Translations under genes and position numbers: made by a program
NCBI GenBank assembly: GCA_965238065.1
Contig: OZ250170.1
Location: forward strand, 1,118,422-1,150,421
DNA: 32,000 nucleotides
Reading direction: 5' to 3'
From: Nitrosopumilus sp.
GTDB lineage: Archaea > Thermoproteota > Nitrososphaeria > Nitrososphaerales > Nitrosopumilaceae
The notes under the pieces: model-generated
What the model saw: the letters and a program-made list of their open reading frames with translations, nothing else
The model's database searches: none
Told to the model about the DNA's origin: nothing
Shown here: one piece after another, positions 15,493 through 22,769 of the stretch
How the letters are laid out: each line of letters starts with the position of its first letter
How positions within the stretch are numbered: position 1 is the first letter of the stretch

Positions 15493-15588
15493 ACCGGCAA
15501 TGTCTCAAAAATCAAGTTCGCAATATACGAACAAGAACCAGAGATTCAACGATCATACAGGCAGATATGAATAACAGTACCCGTATAT

Positions 15589-15707
15589 CAGTAGATAAAA
15601 AGTGCCACATTTGATGGAATTACACAATCTCGTTCTAGCTTTTCCTATCTAATTTATTTGATTGATTGGTATTTTTTGCTCCAAATGAAACACTTTTCTA
15701 TTTACTG
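15589..15707 (+). repeat. MITE-E (119 bp)
   Basis: TIRs are CAGTAGATAAAAAGTG and, as reverse complement, CAGTAAATAGAAAAGTG. Inverted relative to copy 14422-14540. Confidence 0.75.
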
Positions 15708-15792
15708 GCATATCCTGAGGATATCACACGGACTTTGGCATGCATGTGTGTCTTTGAAAAGAACGGTAGGGTTGTGAAATAATTTAAAATTT

Positions 15793-15874
15793 GTATGAAT
15801 CAAGTAAAGAACATGTTTTATGCCTATAACGTCCAACTGTTCTAATGGATTTAGGCGTAGAGATTAATACATAC
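15793..15874 (-). repeat. MITE-A (82 bp) with perfect 8-bp TSD TAAAATTT
   Basis: GTATGAATCAAG...TTAATACATAC. TAAAATTT occurs at 15785-15792 and 15875-15882. Confidence 0.9.
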
Positions 15875-15918
15875 TAAAATTTCATGAATTAAATTCTGCC
15901 AGTCTACGATTCCAGAGT

Positions 15919-16479
15919 TTAATCGTAAATCATCAGGTCTTTTTCTTCAAGCATGTTATGAAGATTGTTCACTGAGCGGTACACATTTTTCTCAGTTTTA
16001 GCTCCGGTACAGACCAATTTGCCTGATGCGAAGATCAGAATCACCGTTTTTGGATCAAGCATTCTGTGGATTACACCCGGAAATTGTTCAGGTTCATACA
16101 TGCTTCTTGGCAACATTCTTGCTGCTTTTTCTATGTGAATTTTTCCATCAAGGTTTATTGAGGATACTATATTTTGGACTGTTACAACAGCATCTTTTTT
16201 AATTTTAATTCCCTCTTTTCTGAGTTTTTGTACCACTATTTTCACTGCTTTTCTCGCCATCTCTTCTGATTTTGAACCGGTACAGACCATCTTTCCCGTA
16301 CTGAAAAGCAGTGTAGCGGTTTTGGGGTTTTTAATTCGAAATACCGCTCCTGGGAATTGCTCAGGATTGTACTCTACTCCTGGGAATTTTTTTTGAATCT
16401 TGTAGAGATCTAATTTCTGGTCTATTGTAGCTGATGCTACAACATTTACTATTTCAATTATGGGTTTACTGATTGGCAT
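15919..16479 (-). CDS. tbp: TATA-box binding protein
   Basis: 186 aa with two TBP repeats (NVVASATIDQKLDL.. and NIVSSINLDGKIHI..; LLFSTGKMVCTGSKS and LIFASGKLVCTGAKT). Confidence 0.95.
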   Translation of the reverse strand: MPISKPIIEIVNVVASATIDQKLDLYKIQKKFPGVEYNPEQFPGAVFRIKNPKTATLLFSTGKMVCTGSKSEEMARKAVKIVVQKLRKEGIKIKKDAVVTVQNIVSSINLDGKIHIEKAARMLPRSMYEPEQFPGVIHRMLDPKTVILIFASGKLVCTGAKTEKNVYRSVNNLHNMLEEKDLMIYD

Positions 16480-16503
16480 TAAACATCAACTCAAAGAGCC
16501 TAC

Positions 16504-16511
16504 ATTTAAAG
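16504..16511 (-). promoter_or_regulatory. TATA-like box upstream of tbp
   Basis: The reverse strand reads CTTTAAAT, beginning 32 nt upstream of the ATG at 16479. Confidence 0.4.
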
Positions 16512-16722
16512 AGATTTAATATGTATTCATTACAGTGTGTCAAATATTACCCACATGGATTGGAATTGCATGTAGGGATTCTGCAAGAACGGTTTTGTAT
16601 GAATCAGCAAATAACGTAACTGTCTACAGTTTTAAAGTATAATTTTTCAAATATTCCAAAGCATAATCATGGAAATTCAATCCCCTTGTCCTGCATGTCT
16701 CCTTTATACTCATCAATATCTT

Positions 16723-16915
16723 GTGAGAATCAGCTCCGACCTTTGAGCGATGACCGTTTGTGAGATTTCTAATTATGACATTTGGTCGTATTGCCCTCTG
16801 CAGTATTGTTGTGAGAATCAGCTCCGACCTTTGAGCGATGACCGTTTGTGAGATTTCTAATTATGACATTTGGTCGTATTGCCCTCTGCAGTATTGTTGT
16901 GAGAATCAGTTCCAG
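16723..16915. repeat. 88-bp tandem duplication (2.2 copies) inside the transposase wreck
   Basis: Units start at 16723, 16811 and 16899. The first two are identical. Confidence 0.9.
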
Positions 16916-16993
16916 TCTACAAAAACGTAGAGTATTCTTTCACGTTTCAATCTTTACAAACCTGATGCAGTTCTTTTCGCTGTATTTTTTGGG

Positions 16994-17146
16994 TATCATT
17001 AGACGGATTGCATAATTATTTCTAGGTACGATTTTTAGAAGGTAATTTTTCAGATTATTCTGAAATTTTGAATTTTTAGGCACAAAATTATGCAAAACAT
17101 AGATTGTTGAAAAAAAAATCACTCTAATTACGCAAAAGTCTATTGC
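16994..17146. repeat. MITE-D internal fragment
   Basis: Aligns with 18575-18722 (..CATTAGACG.ATTGC.TAATTATT.CTAG...AATTACGCAAAAG.TCTATT). Confidence 0.65.
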
Positions 17147-17652
17147 AGATATTCTTCTCTCAAGATTCTTTTTTACTTGTAGTCTTGTGCTCCATTGGTG
17201 ATTTTTGCCGCATCATGAGAGGCAGACAATATTCTCTTTAGGCGTGCTGCAAATGCTGTGAATTCTTTTCCGGGATTCTTGTATTGTCTCTTTTAATTCT
17301 CTGATATAGTGAATGTGGCATTTTTGGTGGGGGTTGTACCCACGTGATTCCATGCAGGATACGAGTCACTTGTAATGTTGGCCATATACCCGTCAAGGAT
17401 TCTCTTTGACATAGTTCATACTGCAAGTCTGGTCAATCTTGTATATGACAACCCATTTCCCAACATACGTCTACAGCCAGTAATTTTTTCCGTTCAGCCT
17501 CCAGCTCGTCTCGTCGCCGCATATGTTTGCCTCTTTTTTTAGCTCTGAGAACATTTCTTGATATCTTTTGCCAAATGCCTTTGCAATCTTTGTTACTACA
17601 TTGTTTATTGTTGATTCTGTAAGATTTAATGAGAATAGTGTTTGTAACAACT

Positions 17653-17712
17653 GTAAGAGTTTAGGTTGAGCACGAATTTTAGATGTTCTAGTCAGTAGAC
17701 CTAAACTCTTAC
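17653..17712. repeat. MITE-C (60 bp) with perfect 8-bp TSD TAACAACT
   Basis: TAACAACT occurs at 17645-17652 and 17713-17720. 14-bp perfect TIRs. Confidence 0.9.
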
Positions 17713-18421
17713 TAACAACTCTGATATCTTATCATAGGAGTCCCTGTGTTTTTAGTGATACGGCTAGTAGCATTAGTTGGGTTCCAAATTGTTCATTTGG
17801 CAGTGTGTAGGTACCCTTTCAGATACCTGTTTTTTGCAATGCTTGCAGTATCGTCTGGTTATGATGTATCGTGTAATGACCATTTTTGCAGGAACTATAT
17901 CCTCCACTGTTATATAGTATGTATCAGTTGGCTCTGAGAGTTCTTTGTCGCATACGTTACAATCTTTCTGGACAATACAATAGGGTGATTGTCAATTAAA
18001 CGCCACCAACATATAATCTAGTAATAATGAGAAAATATATCCGTCTCTATTGTTATATCTCCGTTCTATCTCTTTGATGTACAGCAGAAACTTTTCAGAA
18101 CTTACTCCGTGATGTTTGGCCATTCTCTCTTTTGCAAAACTCCGAAATCCGTCTATTCCGTTAATGTAGACATTGCCTTTACCAAACATTCTGCTATGAT
18201 CAATTGACAAATGACGATAACCATGAAACATCAAAGAATCATATCCTTTCCACTTGTCAGTGTACACGACACTGCCTTTCTTTACTTTCTTGATTGTTCC
18301 TGCAAGCAATGTATCAGATTTCACACTAGTAATGATCTTAACATGTACCTTGCCTTTTCTTTCCAGTAGCCAAAGATAATTGTCTTGTTTTTGGCACCAC
18401 GACCCCAATTTCCTTTCCTTT

Positions 18422-18453
18422 CCACCCCCCCCCCCTCCTCCCCCAAAAAAAAA
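18422..18453. repeat. homopolymer-rich tract (C11..C4 A9) inside the transposase pseudogene
   Basis: CCACCCCCCCCCCCTCCTCCCCCAAAAAAAAA. Corresponds to the FGG-RKGKRGRG-coding region on the minus strand. Confidence 0.9.
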
Positions 18454-18515
18454 TACGCCTCGTCAGCCTCAATTTTCCCCTTTAGTTTATCGTCTGATTT
18501 TGCCAGATGATACAG

Positions 18516-18803
18516 TAGAGTTTATGCGTAATTGACTAAAACCACGTCGACTATTACAACAATACTCAAACAAAATCATTAGACGTATTGCGTAATTATT
18601 CCTAGACGTAGTTTTAGAAGATAATTTCTCGGATTATTCTGAAATTTTGGATTTTTAGGCATAAAATTACACAAAATATCGAATGTTGAAAAAAATCACC
18701 CTAATTACGCAAAAGGTCTATTATCATCATATCAAATGTGAACAAGTTGATACGTACAAGTTGAATGTTGTTTGTTATTTTGGTCAATTACGCATAAACT
18801 CTA
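18516..18803. repeat. MITE-D (~288 bp) with 21-bp TIRs
   Basis: TAGAGTTTATGCGTAATTGAC ... GTCAATTACGCATAAACTCTA. The interior carries further TTACGCA/TGCGTAA motifs. No ORF. Confidence 0.8.
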
Positions 18804-18830
18804 GTATGAAATATCTGATACAATCAAAAG

Positions 18831-18891
18831 GTAAGAGTTTAGGTCCCCCTGACTAGAACATCTAAAATTCGTGCTCAACCTAAACTCTTAC
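18831..18891. repeat. MITE-C (61 bp) with perfect 8-bp TSD ATCAAAAG
   Basis: ATCAAAAG occurs at 18823-18830 and 18892-18899. Confidence 0.9.
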
Positions 18892-19762
18892 ATCAAAAGC
18901 ATTCAATGCCGCAGGATAACTAACGTCTGCTTCCTTGGCTCCACATCTTGCGCTTGTTCCAAGATCAAACAGTTTGATTAAAACCAACCATTTTGTAAAA
19001 TCAATGCGGATGATATCAAACCATGTTCCGCTAAATGGCCTGTAATCTGTTTTGCAGTATTTGCATCATAGTTTTCCTCTTGAGATTATATAGTAATTTT
19101 TGGAATCACATCTAGTACAATAAATTGTATTTTTCTTTTGGAATTGTTTACACACGAATTCCAATGCAGTTGACTTGTTGTCGATTATTTTGGATAACTC
19201 GATTAGGTTGATTATTTTCTCAATAATTATGTAAAACTAGTTGGCGGTAATAGGTTTACAATCACCACAATAGATAATGGTTGGCGTGGTTTAGTGGATC
19301 ACGCATAATCTCTTATGAATAATCTGAGTTGTTTGTTTTCTCTTTTTAATTCTGAATTAATTTTGTCAGACTTGCTCATATCAAAAGATGGATGAGGTTA
19401 CTCAAATCTTTTGGTTTAATTTTGTTGATCTAGACGTGAAGGTTGATTCATACTCAGTTTGTATAATCATCGTGCAATCAGGCTTTGCAATTACTGCATC
19501 GACAACTGATTATATGAAAATGTTTTTTGATGCCAATACAACAAACACAACTAAAATCCGTCTTTGCTTAAATGTAAAGTACGATACAGCAGTAACGCAC
19601 GGCGTCAATTCCATCAGATATGAAGAATATCGGTCTGCCACAAGTCTACCAATCTTTTGGAATGTAAGATACAAGTTACTTTTCCAGTTACTTTTTAGGA
19701 TATACCTCAAAGAGTGTAATCACATATTGATGTTGAATGAAAATTTAACCATTTAGCAAGAC

Positions 19763-19936
19763 CTAGTGGATAAATTCTGTTAATCCACATTTTCCGCATG
19801 TATGTCTGTCTTTGTGTTCTGACATAAATACGCCTTTTCCACATCTTGAACAAATCTTTTTAATTCTTGTTACTTTGTCACCAGTCACTTTGAAATATTT
19901 GTAGACACTTGGACTAGAGCCTTTCTTGCCGGCCAT
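19763..19936 (-). CDS. rps27ae: ribosomal protein eS31 (S27ae), Zn-ribbon
   Basis: Not in the ORF track (57 aa): MAGKKGSSPSVYKYFKVTGDKVTRIKKICSRCGKGVFMSEHKDRHTCGKCGLTEFIH*. Its ATG overlaps the rps24e stop (TAATG). Confidence 0.85.
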   Translation of the reverse strand: MAGKKGSSPSVYKYFKVTGDKVTRIKKICSRCGKGVFMSEHKDRHTCGKCGLTEFIH

Positions 19937-20286
19937 TATTCAGACTTTGCCTCTTTATTTACTTCAGATGGTTTCTCTTCTGCTTTGTCTTCAGCTAATT
20001 TCGCCTTTGTTTTTTCCAGTCTTGAGAAGATTGTTGGGTTGATATGTTTTTTTGCCAATCCCTCATCATCATAAACATAAAAAATTCCCGTAATCAGTGA
20101 TTTTCCTACATGATTTTTCAACCCCATTGGAATTACAATCTTGCCATCTAGTTTGAATTCTCTAGTAATCATGTCCACAGATTCAAGTTTTTTGAGTCTG
20201 CCTCCCAACCCTAGGAAATTACATGTTATCTCTCTTCTAGATAGAAGGGTGTTATCTACGTCTGCGACAGTCTCGATGAGTGACAT
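19936..20286 (-). CDS. rps24e: ribosomal protein eS24 (S24e)
   Basis: MSLIETVADVDNTLLSRREITCNFLGLGGRLKK.. The ORF-track start at 20361 runs into the IS66 terminus. ATG 20286 gives a typical length of about 116 aa. Confidence 0.85.
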   Translation of the reverse strand: MSLIETVADVDNTLLSRREITCNFLGLGGRLKKLESVDMITREFKLDGKIVIPMGLKNHVGKSLITGIFYVYDDEGLAKKHINPTIFSRLEKTKAKLAEDKAEEKPSEVNKEAKSE

Positions 20287-20310
20287 GTATCCATAACCCT
20301 CCAGATATTT

Positions 20311-20318
20311 CATATAAA
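20311..20318 (-). promoter_or_regulatory. TATA-like box upstream of rps24e
   Basis: The reverse strand reads TTTATATG, beginning 32 nt upstream of the ATG at 20286. It lies between the gene and the IS66 terminus. Confidence 0.4.
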
Positions 20319-20323
20319 TCTTA

Positions 20324-21776
20324 GTATGAATCAAGCATCTAAATGTATTTTCCCATCTCAACTAGGCTGTTCTGATTCCTGATTCTCCATGTTTCAAAAC
20401 ATGTCAGAAATACTGAAAGCATCTTCATTCCCTTTTCACTTTTCAGCTGACCCCGGACATTTCTCTGCATCACACATTTTCGAATAGAGTTTTCCGCATC
20501 ATTGTTAGTTGATGGCACGCCAGGACACATCACAAATGTAAACAGGTCATTTCGTGCGTTTTTCAGCTTTATTCCAAACTTTTTCATAATATCATCACCA
20601 CGCCGGTATCGTTTTATTATGTGATCAATCTGCTCAAACAGATAATCCGTATATTTGATCCGTTCTATCTTTTTGTGTTTTGATTTTGAATATTTCCTAG
20701 CATTATCCAATATTTTTGAGAATTCCTTGTGCAAAATGACAGCTGATAGTTTTTCTGATTTATCTGCCACATCTCTTGACTCTCTTTGCAGATGTGCAGT
20801 GCATCTCTGTCTCTTGTTTTTGGTAAATATTGCAACATATGATTTCCATCCATCAGAAACTACAATTCCTCTAAAATCAATCCAGTATTTTTTTATAACA
20901 ACTGCACCTCTGCTAAAATCTAAAACATAGTACGCTTCGGTGTTGGTTCTTGCAATCCACGCCCATCCATGTTTACCCTCAATTGGATATCCAGTCTCAT
21001 CAAATCCTACAATCTCTGATTTGTTGATTTCGTGCCCAATTTTATCATAAAATGGCTCTAAAAGCGTCTGACCTGTCTGCAAAATTGACCGTACTGTCGT
21101 ATTGCTGATTTGTAATCCATATTGTTCTTGCAATGATTCTCTGATTGTGTTGTATGGCATTCTTTTTGAAAACATGCTCACTACACTTTTGATTACAGTG
21201 GCGTCAAATTGTCCTCTAGGTGGAAGTTTACCATCATTTTCAAATGTCTTTTTGCATGATTTACAGGTATATTTGTGTAAAATATGCTCAGTTACGTTAT
21301 ACTCTTGTGGTGGTGGAATACCCACCATGTTGCGTTTTTTTGTGTCAATCTGAGTAATGTCTGTGCTTTTACATTTTGGACAAGCTGTTGAATCGTGATG
21401 TGTAGTTTTTTGTGGTATGAATGTCTGTGTTTTCCCCTTGTGTCCAAAGACACCTCCTCGGTTTGACTCGGTATCTTTTTTCTCGTTCTTGTCCTTTTCC
21501 ACTTGCAAGAGCTTGCGAGATGGTGGCGTATGTGGATTATCATAATAGAATAATTTATGTTTCAATTCATCATTTGATTTTGTTAAACTGTTAATTGTTC
21601 TTGTCAGACTTTTATTGTGTTTTTTTAGATCAACTATGACTAATCTGAGTTGTTTGTTTTCTCGTCTTAATTCTGAATCAATTTTGTGAGTCTTGCTCAT
21701 ATCAGAAGGTGGATGAGGTTACTTTTAGATCTTTTGGTTTAATTTTATTGATCTAGGCGTGAAGGTTGATTCATAC
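20324..21776 (-). mobile_element. IS66-family insertion sequence (single-ORF type), intact, perfect 8-bp TSD AAATCTTA
   Basis: Termini are GTATGAATCAAGC.. (20324->) and ..GGTTGATTCATAC (->21776). AAATCTTA occurs at 20316-20323 and 21777-21784. Confidence 0.9.
20339..21700 (-). CDS. IS66-family DDE transposase
   Basis: 453 aa. N-terminal coiled coil, Zn finger CPKCKS..CKSCKK, then GFDETGYPIEGKHGWAWI, VVSDGWKSY and CTAHLQRE. Confidence 0.9.
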   Translation of the reverse strand: MSKTHKIDSELRRENKQLRLVIVDLKKHNKSLTRTINSLTKSNDELKHKLFYYDNPHTPPSRKLLQVEKDKNEKKDTESNRGGVFGHKGKTQTFIPQKTTHHDSTACPKCKSTDITQIDTKKRNMVGIPPPQEYNVTEHILHKYTCKSCKKTFENDGKLPPRGQFDATVIKSVVSMFSKRMPYNTIRESLQEQYGLQISNTTVRSILQTGQTLLEPFYDKIGHEINKSEIVGFDETGYPIEGKHGWAWIARTNTEAYYVLDFSRGAVVIKKYWIDFRGIVVSDGWKSYVAIFTKNKRQRCTAHLQRESRDVADKSEKLSAVILHKEFSKILDNARKYSKSKHKKIERIKYTDYLFEQIDHIIKRYRRGDDIMKKFGIKLKNARNDLFTFVMCPGVPSTNNDAENSIRKCVMQRNVRGQLKSEKGMKMLSVFLTCFETWRIRNQNSLVEMGKYI

Positions 21777-21798
21777 AAATCTTAAACAAAGGAACAAG

Positions 21799-21896
21799 GT
21801 AGCGGTTTACAGTTTTAAAGTATTACGCACAAGATATGTCAAAACTGGTTATTTTTTTGACACAAACACAAAGAAACTTTAAAACTTGACAATTAC
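21799..21896 (+). repeat. MITE-B (98 bp), TSD GGAACAA[G/T]
   Basis: GGAACAAG at 21791-21798 and GGAACAAT at 21897-21904. Confidence 0.8.
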
Positions 21897-21911
21897 GGAA
21901 CAATCTGTTTC

Positions 21912-22060
21912 GTAGTATCAACGTAAGAGTTTAGGTTGAGCACGAATTTTAGATGTTCTAGTCAGGAGACCTAAACTCTTACGTATCAACCGCAATATCT
22001 CAATCAAATGGAATAGTCAGACATTATAGGCATAAAACATGTTATTTGCCTGATTCATAC
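21912..22060 (+). repeat. MITE-A copy carrying a nested MITE-C
   Basis: GTAGTATCAAC[MITE-C]GTATCAACCGCAATATCTC...CATGTTATTTGCCTGATTCATAC. Confidence 0.75.
21923..21982. repeat. MITE-C (60 bp) with perfect 8-bp TSD GTATCAAC
   Basis: GTATCAAC occurs at 21915-21922 and 21983-21990, inside the MITE-A terminus. Confidence 0.9.
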
Positions 22061-22208
22061 GCAGAATTAGTCATATCGTGTCTCAAGTGGTTTGTTTGAA
22101 CGCGAATTACTGTTTGAAATGTCCCTTGATCTGTTTGCATTTTTAACCGGTTTTGAGTACAAGTGATAATTAGAAAAGAGATTTAAGAAATTCCTGCAGA
22201 TTGGTATC

Positions 22209-22769
22209 ATGGAACGCTACATGCTACACTTCAAAAATATGGGCTATGGTCCTGAGCATTCACGTGAAATAATCAACAGGGCCAGAGATATTACATCAGA
22301 CATGAATGTGTCTGCAAGAGTTGCCAGAATTTCCAGAAAATTCGTAGAGATCGATGTAGGAGTTGAAAAGAAATATCTTGATAGGCTCGTTGAAAGGCTA
22401 GCCCCGATTGGACCCATAGACAATATCAGACATGTCATAGAAGAGAACATCAGTAAAGAACAGGGCATCAAGGACGGAATTTTCTACTTTAACAATGAAA
22501 GATTTTGGGAATGTCATGAGGCACTTGAGGGAGTCTGGAAACAGTGTTTTGGACGAGAAAAAGAGATTGTCAATGGAATCATTTTGTTTGCAGTTGCATT
22601 TGCTCATGCTCAAGAGGATGAACTCTGCATAGGTATTGGAATGCTGCATAGAGTTTTGAAAAAATTAGGCACATCGCCTTCCATGTACCATTCAATAGAC
22701 GTGGATAGGATTAGAAACAAGGCAATTCAAATGCAACAAGCAAACAATCTGACTATTTTTGAGATTTGA
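22209..22769 (+). CDS. DUF309-like protein with N-terminal extension
   Basis: 186 aa. The central ERFWECHEALEGVWK matches the DUF309 signature as I recall it. Confidence 0.65.
   Translation: MERYMLHFKNMGYGPEHSREIINRARDITSDMNVSARVARISRKFVEIDVGVEKKYLDRLVERLAPIGPIDNIRHVIEENISKEQGIKDGIFYFNNERFWECHEALEGVWKQCFGREKEIVNGIILFAVAFAHAQEDELCIGIGMLHRVLKKLGTSPSMYHSIDVDRIRNKAIQMQQANNLTIFEI

Larger units (their letters stand above)
17992..19225 (-). pseudogene. IS1595-family transposase, disrupted
   Basis: N-terminus reads LIELSKIIDNKSTALEFVCKQFQKKNTIYCTRCDSKNYYIISRGKL*CKYCKTDYRPFSGTWF... The 138-aa C-terminal ORF (17992-18408) contains VYTDKWKGYDSL and INGIDGFRSFAKERM. Broken by MITE-C, MITE-D, a stop codon and frameshifts. 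Confidence 0.8.
17984..19266 (-). mobile_element. IS1595-family element with nested MITE-C and MITE-D
   Basis: TIRs are GGTGATTGTCAATTAAACGCC (17984->) and, as reverse complement, GGTGATTGTAAACCTATTACCGCC (->19266). Flanking [T/C]ACAATAG is repeated (17976-17983 and 19266-19273), consistent with an 8-bp TSD. Confidence 0.7.
16598..19453 (-). mobile_element. wreck of a second IS66-type element, riddled with nested insertions
   Basis: The high-coordinate end (19316-19453) matches the IS66 left end (..GACGTGAAGGTTGATTCATAC, MSKSDKINSELKRENKQLRL). Broken minus-strand pieces include YCIVQKDCNVCDKELSEP, RRYCKHCKKQV, GDETSWRLNGKNYW, HQKCHIHY and ..GADSHKILMSIKETCRTRGLNFHDYALEYLKN. The low-coordinate end is GTATGAATCAGCAAATAAC at 16598. 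Confidence 0.6.

Noticed and set aside
15500-15574. 24-aa ORF MSQKSSSQYTNKNQRFNDHTGRYE after the HExxH gene
   Set aside because: It is too short, has no supporting signal, and nothing distinguishes it from chance.
16723-16915. Regularly spaced 88-bp repeats that could be mistaken for a CRISPR-like array
   Set aside because: The units are directly contiguous with no spacers, and 88 bp is far longer than CRISPR repeats. The sequence reads through as the C-terminal part of an IS66-type transposase on the minus strand (..RNLTNGHRSKVGADSHKILMSIKETCRTRGLNFHDYALEYLKN). It is a tandem duplication in a pseudogene.
19255-19315. tRNA-like D-arm sequence GGCGTGGTTTAGTGGATCACGC
   Set aside because: No anticodon arm with a 7-nt loop, no T-arm and no acceptor pairing can be drawn. 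The region is the flank of the IS1595 insertion, inside the IS66-type wreck.
19388-19756. 122-aa plus-strand ORF and the antisense 66-aa ORF 19510-19710
   Set aside because: The first starts inside the IS66 left-end fragment and continues through non-coding-looking sequence. Neither has recognisable motifs, and both have poor, Ile/Phe/Asn-rich composition typical of AT-rich noise.
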